DNA from: a virus
Length of the DNA: 64,000 nucleotides
Strand: one strand, 5' to 3'
UHGV virus genome: UHGV-0038495
Positions 19,761-28,400 of this stretch are shown here, piece by piece. Below the pieces are notes generated by a model. That model was not told the origin of the DNA. It ran no database searches and saw nothing but the letters and a program-made list of their open reading frames with translations. Positions within the stretch are counted from its first letter, which is position 1. Each line of letters begins with the position of its first letter. The position numbers and the translations under genes are program-made.

Positions 19761-20004
19761 TTTTTACCTCATACTCTTTACAAAAACGAGGAATATTTTC
19801 ATAATCAATCTTTTTATCTTTTAAAAGACATTCTTTTATCTCTGGTAAGAAAGGAATTGGTAAAGTGCGCGCTCTATAATATTTACAATATTTACAGCGC
19901 TTATGTTTTTGCCTATAAGCAATCATATTTTTGTCCATTAAAAAGCTCCTTTTTCTACGTTTATATTTGTTCCTTTTAAACCTTGAACTATTTGATAATC
20001 CCAA
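19738..20004 (-). CDS. possible small basic Cys-containing protein (uncertain)
   Basis: 88-aa ORF that fills the 177-nt gap between helicase and primase but overlaps both. Very basic; contains CKYCKYY. Confidence 0.25.
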   Translation of the reverse strand: MGLSNSSRFKRNKYKRRKRSFLMDKNMIAYRQKHKRCKYCKYYRARTLPIPFLPEIKECLLKDKKIDYENIPRFCKEYEVKNGRTTEG

Positions 20005-21467
20005 GTTGTTGCTATTGTAAAATCTACTCTACAAACACCTAATCTTTTATATCCAAAAAGATATATACCATTCCAAGGTGAACGTCTGTTTTTATAAATA
20101 GCTAACTTTATATCTGGGATTCTACCATCTGAGAATAAATGTTGCATACTCGTGAGCATATCTCGGTCTCTATCATTGAGAGGTAAAAGATGACATCCAA
20201 AGTCTAGCTTGTCTCCTACTGCCTTAGACCCCCGTAATAATCTCTGGTCTGGGGTGGAAGTATCTAAATCACCTGATAACTGCGTTGAACTTATTATCCA
20301 AACATTATAAAGAACTGCTATTTCTTTTATTTTTGTTGCCAAAAGAAAGAGAATCTGATCTTCTCTGATATTATTGACTTTAGTCCTATTAGATATTTCT
20401 GCTAATATTTTCATTGTACTTTGAATATAATCAAAACAAATATAAGTTGCATTTCTTTCTTCTATATTATATTTAATCCTGCGCTCTATATCTTCTAAGC
20501 TAAAGTCTGGAAGAAATTCAAGATATAATGGAGAATTCTCAAGAATTTGTATTCCTTTTAATATTCTTTCATATTCATCTTCTTCATAGTCACCAGTTAA
20601 TATATGACTTTCATTGACTTCGCATATAAAAGAAAGAAGTAAAGTCTGCGCTTCTGACCTGTCCTGCTCAGTCAAAATAAATAAAGTTGGCGCGGGAGCT
20701 GGATTCTTAACCCATCCACCCTTGGCACTATCATAATATTCTATACATGATAAGAATGCGGCATCCTGCGCTAAGAGTCTTGACTTACCGACTCCGGTCG
20801 GCGCACTACGTAAATAGAACTTACCCAAACGCGCGCCCATTGTTACAGTTGTATATACAGGGTCATAGAATGGAAGACCATATGCCGGATGCTGACGCAA
20901 TTCTTCTACTAAATCTGCCGCGCCCTCAGCAGCCTGGCAAGATAAATCCTCAGAACCGCCGCCATAATTATTTACTACTTTATCTATTTGCTTTTGTATT
21001 CTATCGGAAATGTCTGTCAAACTTGCATTATTTAACCATTCTTCTTGTTTTTCTTTCTTTTTTGTATCTATTAAATTATCTTCATCTAAAATATCAGAAA
21101 CATCAACGCCGATTTTACTGAGCTGGCGCAATAAAGTCATTTTCTGTAATCTTTCAGCATAATAATTAAAACCAGTTTCTTCTGCATTTTCTGCGCAGTT
21201 ACGTATAAAATCTATACCACCACCAGACTTAAATACAGCTTCAGCTTTAGGCTTATTCTCAAGATAATCTAATATTACATTTTCTGAAAAATCTGTTATC
21301 TTATTATTAAAATAAAGATTATATAAAGTACCATAAACTATTTTATGAAATTTATTTGGAAAATCTTCATTAGTTAAATAAACCTTTTCTAAAAGAGAAG
21401 GATTATTATAAATATTTCCTATTACCTGTACAGTACAGGTTGTATCTAAAAACCTAATTCTCTCCAA
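19938..21467 (-). CDS. DnaB-like replicative helicase
   Basis: 509 aa. RecA-fold Walker A RSAPTGVGKSRLLAQDAAF. Walker B-like LFILTEQD. Sits between a putative loader and the primase. Confidence 0.55.
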   Translation of the reverse strand: MERIRFLDTTCTVQVIGNIYNNPSLLEKVYLTNEDFPNKFHKIVYGTLYNLYFNNKITDFSENVILDYLENKPKAEAVFKSGGGIDFIRNCAENAEETGFNYYAERLQKMTLLRQLSKIGVDVSDILDEDNLIDTKKKEKQEEWLNNASLTDISDRIQKQIDKVVNNYGGGSEDLSCQAAEGAADLVEELRQHPAYGLPFYDPVYTTVTMGARLGKFYLRSAPTGVGKSRLLAQDAAFLSCIEYYDSAKGGWVKNPAPAPTLFILTEQDRSEAQTLLLSFICEVNESHILTGDYEEDEYERILKGIQILENSPLYLEFLPDFSLEDIERRIKYNIEERNATYICFDYIQSTMKILAEISNRTKVNNIREDQILFLLATKIKEIAVLYNVWIISSTQLSGDLDTSTPDQRLLRGSKAVGDKLDFGCHLLPLNDRDRDMLTSMQHLFSDGRIPDIKLAIYKNRRSPWNGIYLFGYKRLGVCRVDFTIATTWDYQIVQGLKGTNINVEKGAF

Positions 21468-22137
21468 TATTATCCTCCTCTAAGAACCCGAAAAGTGGTT
21501 TGCGCATTTCTATTTTTATAGGTGTGCGCTCTGGTTCTTTGATTGTTACATTCTTTATCTCTTGCGTGGGATTTGCTTTATATTCCAAATTTTCTTGTTT
21601 ATTGCGCTGTTGCAAAAGCCAAATGTTATAATAGTAATTGTATGCACTATCATAAACATATGGAATAATACCAATGCCACCCGTACTTTTCATTGGGTCA
21701 TTTCCCATTTTTTGATAATAATAAATAAGACTACGCATCATACCGGAATATGTATAACCATATTTCTTTTTATAACTATTAATCTGTCGCATAATACGTG
21801 ACCAAACCGCTTTATTACCAAATAAATCTCTAATAGTATCTTTGAGTCTTTCTAAATCTTCTTTTTCTTTTTGTTCTTCTTTAAGTTGCGCGGATTTTGC
21901 TGTAACCGCGCCGGTCTGCATATTTATAGTTATCTGCTCTTGTTCTTTATTTAAAACAAGTTGTTCATTATTTTGTTTTAAACTTTGCGCTGGGGTTACT
22001 GCTTCCATGGTTTTTATCTCAGGATGTTGGTCCGCGCAAGTTTTATGAGCATATCTACGAGAATTTACTTTAACAGCTTCATATATATCTCTGTCAAATG
22101 TTTGCCCGCAAATTAAACACTTTACATTATGTGCCAT
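21454..22137 (-). CDS. Zinc-ribbon protein, possible helicase loader/replication initiation factor
   Basis: N-terminal CLICG...HKTC. Overlaps the DnaB-like gene start by 14 nt. No catalytic motif. Confidence 0.35.
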   Translation of the reverse strand: MAHNVKCLICGQTFDRDIYEAVKVNSRRYAHKTCADQHPEIKTMEAVTPAQSLKQNNEQLVLNKEQEQITINMQTGAVTAKSAQLKEEQKEKEDLERLKDTIRDLFGNKAVWSRIMRQINSYKKKYGYTYSGMMRSLIYYYQKMGNDPMKSTGGIGIIPYVYDSAYNYYYNIWLLQQRNKQENLEYKANPTQEIKNVTIKEPERTPIKIEMRKPLFGFLEEDNIGEN

Positions 22138-22305
22138 TTTTGTCTATTCTCCTTTCCTTTATATTATAACAAATTTTAAATAAAAACACAAATAGGGTTA
22201 TAAGAAGTAAATCTTATAACCCTAAAATTGGTTTAAAAATTTGTTAAATCACTTTTTGTTTCTGGGGACGGGTTCTACGACCGCTTGCCGCCCAAGGACA
22301 GAAAC

Positions 22306-23310
22306 CTAAACATTTGTATGTTCAGAAACCATAGCCTTTAATTCATCAACAACAAGTGATAAAAGCTCAGCCTGCTCTCTCGAACATTGACTAACTTTCT
22401 TTCCCTTACCAAGAATCTTATCTGTAATCTCTGTTACTCGCGGCGCCCAAAATTCAGCAAAATTCGCTTCCTTTGAGAGAGAAGTTATGATTGTGTTAAA
22501 CTCTTCAAGAATCTTGTCAAAATCATAAGTAACAACTTCTTCTCTTACAATTTTCTTATCTGTTACTGCACCGGCGCCATTCATTTCAGCTTCTTTATCT
22601 ATTGCTTCATTTAAAGCATCAACAAGTGGTTTATAACCAAATGGAATCTTTTCTGCCATATAAGGGAATCTTGTACCACAATCTATTGTACCGTCATTAC
22701 TTCTGAGATACATAACTCTCTCGCCTGTGCGCCAATCCATACAACCATAACCAATAATATCTGCCATATTTTTAATTATGTTATTTACTGAATCAGAAAC
22801 TGTAGGTACAATCTTTGTATACTCCGTTCCATCAGGTCTAGTAATTGTCTTCTCTTTATCATGTCCTATAAAAAGAATCGCATAGCCCTGGAGTGCAAGG
22901 TCTCTAAATGTAGTTTCAATCTCTTTCTTCAACTGAGTCCACCCTCCACCCCAGCTTATATCACCCAGTTTCTCGACTCCGTTCTGAGAACAAACCCATT
23001 TCTCACAAAGGCTAGCCGCAACATCAATAGTATCTATGGCAAGTGCCTTATATCTTTCCTTAAACCTTGGGTCTTTAGCAAGTCTCGCGATTGTTCTTAC
23101 ATCACCCCAAGACTGCATTATCTGCGCGTACGCGCCGGACATTGCCCTAGTACCATCTTCAAAGGATAAGATTAAAGCACCCATGTCCTTAGCCAAAGTG
23201 GATTTACCAACTTTCGGCGCACCAAAGACATAGGTAATATATCCTGAAAGGTCGCGCGATACAACTGACGGCTCCATATTAATTAATGAATCTAATGTAA
23301 AATTTGCCAT
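22306..23310 (-). CDS. Sak4-like (AAA_24) RecA-fold ATPase
   Basis: Walker A VFGAPKVGKST. Walker B ALAIDTID. Size and context typical of phage Sak4. Confidence 0.6.
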   Translation of the reverse strand: MANFTLDSLINMEPSVVSRDLSGYITYVFGAPKVGKSTLAKDMGALILSFEDGTRAMSGAYAQIMQSWGDVRTIARLAKDPRFKERYKALAIDTIDVAASLCEKWVCSQNGVEKLGDISWGGGWTQLKKEIETTFRDLALQGYAILFIGHDKEKTITRPDGTEYTKIVPTVSDSVNNIIKNMADIIGYGCMDWRTGERVMYLRSNDGTIDCGTRFPYMAEKIPFGYKPLVDALNEAIDKEAEMNGAGAVTDKKIVREEVVTYDFDKILEEFNTIITSLSKEANFAEFWAPRVTEITDKILGKGKKVSQCSREQAELLSLVVDELKAMVSEHTNV

Positions 23311-23394
23311 ATATTAAATCTCCTTATTATTAAAGGGGCAAGTTTAACTTACCCCTTATTATTTATTTTAACTAACTTAAATCATATTTAATTA

Positions 23395-24414
23395 TTAAAA
23401 ATTAAAACCGCCCGGTGCAGGAGAAGCCGTAGGAGTTGACTGGAAAGCATTTGCACCATTCTTCTTTGCTTCCTTTCTATCAAGATATCTCTGCTTTAAC
23501 TCAGCAAGATGAAGTTCTCTATCCTGCATAGCCTTCTGAATATCTTCAACTGTTAAATCATCACTTGGGAATTCATAAGGTTCAGCCGCCGCCCAAGTAA
23601 TAATCCAATCTTTTCTCGTAGAAGTAAATTCCTTCACAATAGGTTCACCAAAAGCGCCCTGTTCTTCTCTCTTAGTCTTTACAACACTTGAAATCTGCTT
23701 ACCCTTAATTCTAGTAAATAAAGGATTTGAATTTGAAATATCGCAGTTTTCAAAGTAATTCATCGCAGCTGAGTCAAGAACTGAAAACTCAACCGGCAGA
23801 AGCGCGCCGCTATAATTAAATACTGCACCACTTACAATCATCTTAGCCGGTCTATCATTTTCTTCATCAGCTTCAATCATTCTTGTTCCTTTTGCAAAGA
23901 AATCAACATCAAACATAGCTCTTGAAGATTCATCTTCCGGAAGTTCCTTTATCAGAGAAATAAAACCACCATCATTTATCTTTGTACTAATAAATGTAGG
24001 TTCATCTCCACCTTCTCTATTGTCTATATAAAATTCATTTATACCAACACTTGGAGAACACTTAACCTTTGCAGCTTCTTCCTTTGAGGAATTCATAACA
24101 GTCTTTAAATCACCATCAATAATTCTCTTAAGAATCTTATAAGTACTATTTTCTCTTGGTTCATTACTACCCGGCTTTGGTGGGAAAAATTCTGCTACAT
24201 AAGAATAGTTTATAGTAATTATGTTTGTACAGGCTTCATCTGTTGCAACCTTAATTTCACCACCAATGTATTCAGTTCCCGGATGCTTAGAATTTTCACC
24301 TGTTTTTCTTATCTTAAGTGCGCGGAAGGATTCTGGGTCTGTATCTACTTCATAGAGATAACCCCAAATTCCTGCTACTGAGCCCTTACCATTGTTATTA
24401 ATCATCTTCTTCAT
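23395..24414 (-). CDS. hypothetical protein (possible ssDNA-binding or annealing partner of Sak4)
   Basis: Placed from context only. C-terminal low-complexity tail. Confidence 0.3.
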   Translation of the reverse strand: MKKMINNNGKGSVAGIWGYLYEVDTDPESFRALKIRKTGENSKHPGTEYIGGEIKVATDEACTNIITINYSYVAEFFPPKPGSNEPRENSTYKILKRIIDGDLKTVMNSSKEEAAKVKCSPSVGINEFYIDNREGGDEPTFISTKINDGGFISLIKELPEDESSRAMFDVDFFAKGTRMIEADEENDRPAKMIVSGAVFNYSGALLPVEFSVLDSAAMNYFENCDISNSNPLFTRIKGKQISSVVKTKREEQGAFGEPIVKEFTSTRKDWIITWAAAEPYEFPSDDLTVEDIQKAMQDRELHLAELKQRYLDRKEAKKNGANAFQSTPTASPAPGGFNF

Positions 24415-24477
24415 AAAATTATTTTCTCCTTTAATTATTAAATACTAAACTTATTTTTTTTCTTATTACTATTTTTA

Positions 24478-24849
24478 TTATTCTTCAGTAAACATCTGAG
24501 TCGTATCTACTGCTATGCCCAGTTCTGTTAATACATAAGCAGGAGGTGTAGAACCTTCAACCTTTGTAATATATCCCTTTGTTATTAACTTTCTTGTGCC
24601 ACCAGATGCTGTTCTGCCTGTAACTTCAAAACCAGCTATTGTGCTAACTGCTTCACCAAGCATCTTTGCAGTAAACTCACAGTCTGGGTCTGCCTGCATC
24701 GCGGCAAGTATTCTATATCCAAGTTCCGTAATCTCAGGAACTTCCTTTTCTTTCTTATTCTTGATTGTTTCAAAATACTTAACGGCTTCCTCTGGAGCCT
24801 GTGTCATCATTGGTTCAACATAATTAATAAATACTTCTCTGTTAGTCAT
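24478..24849 (-). CDS. hypothetical protein, possible winged-helix
   Basis: GRTASGGTRKLITKGYITK resembles a MarR-type recognition wing. Weak. Confidence 0.3.
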   Translation of the reverse strand: MTNREVFINYVEPMMTQAPEEAVKYFETIKNKKEKEVPEITELGYRILAAMQADPDCEFTAKMLGEAVSTIAGFEVTGRTASGGTRKLITKGYITKVEGSTPPAYVLTELGIAVDTTQMFTEE

Positions 24850-24926
24850 AGTTATTTCTCCTTTTTTAATTTCTTTAGTAATTCAAATGACTCATTAATT
24901 ATAACAAATTTTTTCTGACTTTCAAA

Positions 24927-25205
24927 TTAATCAACCGCTAATGTGTAGCCGTCCAAATAACCCGGTGCGCAATAGCGAGCAAATAATTCAAGGTCATCTA
25001 TAAGATAATGCTTATCTTCAAATTCTTCTTCATTCTGCAAAAGAAAAGAATAAGTATAAACCTTAATATCTTTATATCCCATAAGTAATGCTTTCATGTA
25101 AATATCCTGCGGATTTGCAGCAAAAATAGGTAAACCGCGGATTGCAGCAAACTCAATAAGTTCCTGCGTCTTTCCAGAACCTCTGCCATTAATAATTCTC
25201 TTCAT
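24927..25205 (-). CDS. hypothetical protein
   Basis: ORF on the coding strand. GRGSGKTQ near the N-terminus. Confidence 0.3.
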   Translation of the reverse strand: MKRIINGRGSGKTQELIEFAAIRGLPIFAANPQDIYMKALLMGYKDIKVYTYSFLLQNEEEFEDKHYLIDDLELFARYCAPGYLDGYTLAVD

Positions 25206-25573
25206 TAATAACCCTCGCTTTCTTTATTAATAAACCGCTGATAGTATTAATTCAATTTCTTCTTCTGATAACTTAAAATTCCATCTTAAAAAATCTTCTA
25301 CTTCATCTTCTTCAATATCTCCTTCTTCTAACACAGTTCTTGCAGTTTCTACCACTTTATCCAAATATTCGCAGCGCGCAGCATACATCATTTCATCACT
25401 ATTCATCTTTAAGTTTTACTCCTTCTTCTTCTAAAACTCTCCTTACCATTTCACTGTCAATGATTGACATTCTATTACTTTCAGCAACTGCTACGCGCCA
25501 TGCCAAAGTTTCAATAATATCAATCATTTCTTCTCTTGTCATAAAATCAATCTTTTTCATTTATTCGTTCCTC

Positions 25574-25617
25574 AACTTTCTATAATTATTATAACAAAAT
25601 TTTTTGAGTTTTTGAAG
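25574..25617 (-). promoter_or_regulatory. Conserved sigma-A-type promoter cassette (TTCAAA-N17-TGTTATAAT)
   Basis: Minus-strand reading is cTTCAAAaactcaaaaaattttgTTATAATaattatagaaagtt, followed by GAGGAA and ATG of an unlisted 52-aa ORF. Confidence 0.55.
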
Positions 25618-25625
25618 TTCATATC

Positions 25626-26546
25626 TTAGCGCGAGCCGCTAACAGTATTAAATCCAGATGCAACAGAGTCATAAAAATCAATCCAATAAGATTCTAAATC
25701 AGCAAGTTCATTAACATTACCAGTTTGTAAAATCTCAAATGTAAAGTTCTCAACACCAAGAGTAAACAAAGTATTATAGAACGGCGCCGTTCCCTTAGAC
25801 GCCCTTAATCCACATCTTATGTGCTGACGGAATCGTTCTGCAATATCTACACTACGTCCTATGTAACATCTACCATCAGGAATATAAGTTATCTTATAAA
25901 TACCTAAAACTCTATCAGAACCAACAACTCTGTCTATCATTTCTCCTGTTAAACTTTGATAATATTCTTTCCAAATAAGTTTATATAAAACATCCGGATT
26001 TTTTAATTCTAAAGCTAAATTTTTAAGCTTCTCTATATCATTCAAATTTGCAATAGGAACACAAACACGATGATAATCGCGGTCGGCATGTTCTTTTTCA
26101 GCTAATTTGCGTGCAGTATTAGCAGCTTTTATTTTCGCGCGCTCCTCGCTTAAAGTTCTTTTTGCCTGGTTTAATTCTTCTACAATCTTACCTGCATCGG
26201 TTGCATACTCAGCGCGCATCCTATCTAACATTTCTTTTTGCTTTTCCTCTTGCTCAATTTCTAATTGCGCGAGCCTTTCTTTATTTTGCTGTCTTTGCGC
26301 GTCTAACTTACCAGATTCGAATAATAGGTTTTTTGAAAGTTCATCTTGTTCTTTTGTTAGTTCATCAACTTTTTCTTTACCTTTTGCAATTAAATCTTCT
26401 ATATCTTTATAAGTAGTTTTTTTACTTTCTAATTCATTATTCATTAAAGTTATATTGTGATGAATTTTTTTAGCTTTTTTATTTAAAAAATAAAACCACG
26501 CGCCAGTTGCCATTGCAAATAAAATACTAAATATTGTTCCCGCCAT
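25626..26546 (-). CDS. Transmembrane, coiled-coil protein with C-terminal GIY-YIG nuclease domain
   Basis: N-terminal transmembrane segment IFSILFAMATGAWFYFL. About 150 aa of heptad-rich E/K/Q sequence. C-terminal GIYKITYIPDGRCYIGRSVDIAERFRQH...E (GIY-10 to 11 residues-YIG, with Arg, His and Glu). Confidence 0.6.
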   Translation of the reverse strand: MAGTIFSILFAMATGAWFYFLNKKAKKIHHNITLMNNELESKKTTYKDIEDLIAKGKEKVDELTKEQDELSKNLLFESGKLDAQRQQNKERLAQLEIEQEEKQKEMLDRMRAEYATDAGKIVEELNQAKRTLSEERAKIKAANTARKLAEKEHADRDYHRVCVPIANLNDIEKLKNLALELKNPDVLYKLIWKEYYQSLTGEMIDRVVGSDRVLGIYKITYIPDGRCYIGRSVDIAERFRQHIRCGLRASKGTAPFYNTLFTLGVENFTFEILQTGNVNELADLESYWIDFYDSVASGFNTVSGSR

Positions 26547-26617
26547 TTATTCCTCCTAAAAAAAATAGAGGGTATTCAAACCCTCTATTTAATTATATAT
26601 TAAGTTATATTAATATC

Positions 26618-26902
26618 TTATTCAGCTGGAGCTGCTTCAAGGTCGTGTGCAAGTCCATCTTCGTTCATTCTCAGGAATTTAACTTCCTTTTCAGTACCAT
26701 CAGACATCTTAACCTTAGCAGGCTCTCTGAAGCCATATTTATTCTGACCCTTTACGTCAATACACATAGTAAATACACCATTTACCTGTCTTACTGAAAG
26801 ACCAGTTTCCTCAGCGATATCTGCCGCAGTAACCTTTTCACCTGCGATTTCATGCTGCTTAATTGCGTTAAAAATTTCCTTAGTTGTAGCCTTTACTGCC
26901 AT
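26618..26902 (-). CDS. Small HTH-containing protein
   Basis: TAADIAEETGLSVRQVNGVF helix-turn-helix. Confidence 0.4.
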   Translation of the reverse strand: MAVKATTKEIFNAIKQHEIAGEKVTAADIAEETGLSVRQVNGVFTMCIDVKGQNKYGFREPAKVKMSDGTEKEVKFLRMNEDGLAHDLEAAPAE

Positions 26903-26972
26903 AATTATTTTCTCCTTTTTAATTAAAAATTTAATGATTTATTGTATAAACATTATATCAAAAGTTTTTATA

Positions 26973-27158
26973 TTAAGCAAAACTTTTCGACATTTTTTCT
27001 TGGATAATTTCATCGAGTTTGATAAAGTCGTAGGCGGTCAGACCTTCGCATAATTCCTCTATCTTTTTCTCCGCATGAGCAAGTTCAACTTTACTGTGTG
27101 AACTGGTAAGAATTTGTTCATACTTAATGATATTATCTGCGATTTCTTGAAGAGTCAT
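26973..27158 (-). CDS. hypothetical small protein
   Basis: ORF on the coding strand. Confidence 0.3.
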   Translation of the reverse strand: MTLQEIADNIIKYEQILTSSHSKVELAHAEKKIEELCEGLTAYDFIKLDEIIQEKMSKSFA

Positions 27159-27246
27159 ATCTTTTTTCTCTCTCCTTAACTTTGTATATTTATTATATCA
27201 AAATTTTTAAGAGCAGTAAACTATTTTTACTGCTCTTTTACTGTGT

Positions 27247-28392
27247 TTATGAAAAAGTTTCTTCAATGGTGCAATCGCGCGCTGGCTTATCATCACGGAA
27301 CTGAACTATAAATGGGTGGCGTAGGGTATGCTCTTTTTTATCTCGACTCATAGCCTGAATAGCTACTACTCTGCCTTCATACTTAGATGGATTCTCCGCA
27401 AGGTCCGCGCGCAGTTCATCAGTAAGTCCACTTGATACAGTTCCAATTTCTTCTATTTCACCTTTGCTATTGTATAAACCTATTCTTATAGCTGTCTTCC
27501 AACCATAATAATAAGCTTTAGTTATCGGGTGATAAATATGAGGATTATGTTGATAATCTTCATAATAATATCCTTTTGTTTTTTCCCATCTATAATTGCC
27601 ATCTTTATCAGCTTCTAAGCGCTCTTCCCAATATTCCCAAGACTCTATATCCTTGCCATTATATTCGCGTGTTGGATCAATGCCTCCAAGGCATATAACA
27701 TCTACATAATCGACACTTTTAACCTTAAAGTTCGTCTGAGGCCTCTTATCACACTCGTATACTCCAGTCTTAAGTTTCATAACGATTCCTTCTCCACCCT
27801 CAGAGATAATTCGCGCAGCGCGACCCTTGAAGTCATCAAAAAATGCTTCAGCTAAATGAATATTAGGATGTTCAAGATTATATTTCTCCCAAACTTTCTG
27901 TAAGATGCAATAGCGTTCAAGATTAGTAGCCTTACCTGTAATTAAATTAATGCCATTATACCAAAGAATATCGTGGACATAATATGAGATATAACCATAT
28001 TCACCCATCTGTCTTTCTTTTGCCTTTTCTGGCAAACATCCCATTATACTTGTGACATTCTTAGAAGTGCCATTAGGATAATAAATTTCACCTAAAAGAA
28101 TCGTACCTTTAGGCAGTACACTCAGAGCATTCATAATATGTGGAACATTTTCAGATTTATCCACAAGCAGACCAGTTTTCTTACTTGGAGTTCTCGAAAA
28201 TAAATAATCACCTTTTTCTGTTAAAGTGGCTAAATACAGCGCACCATCTATTTTCTTTTCTCCAAACCAATCATTAGTTTCACAAGCTCTATCAATCTTT
28301 TCATCAGAAGCTGCATAATACTTCATAGGTGGAAACATCATATTCTCTGCACCCGGATATAATTCTGCTATTTTCTCTTTATCAAATCCCAT
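27247..28392 (-). CDS. ATP-dependent DNA ligase
   Basis: Motif I GEKKIDGA (KxDG). Motif IV/V-like EGIVMK. 381 aa. Confidence 0.75.
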   Translation of the reverse strand: MGFDKEKIAELYPGAENMMFPPMKYYAASDEKIDRACETNDWFGEKKIDGALYLATLTEKGDYLFSRTPSKKTGLLVDKSENVPHIMNALSVLPKGTILLGEIYYPNGTSKNVTSIMGCLPEKAKERQMGEYGYISYYVHDILWYNGINLITGKATNLERYCILQKVWEKYNLEHPNIHLAEAFFDDFKGRAARIISEGGEGIVMKLKTGVYECDKRPQTNFKVKSVDYVDVICLGGIDPTREYNGKDIESWEYWEERLEADKDGNYRWEKTKGYYYEDYQHNPHIYHPITKAYYYGWKTAIRIGLYNSKGEIEEIGTVSSGLTDELRADLAENPSKYEGRVVAIQAMSRDKKEHTLRHPFIVQFRDDKPARDCTIEETFS

Positions 28393-28400
28393 ATTATCTC

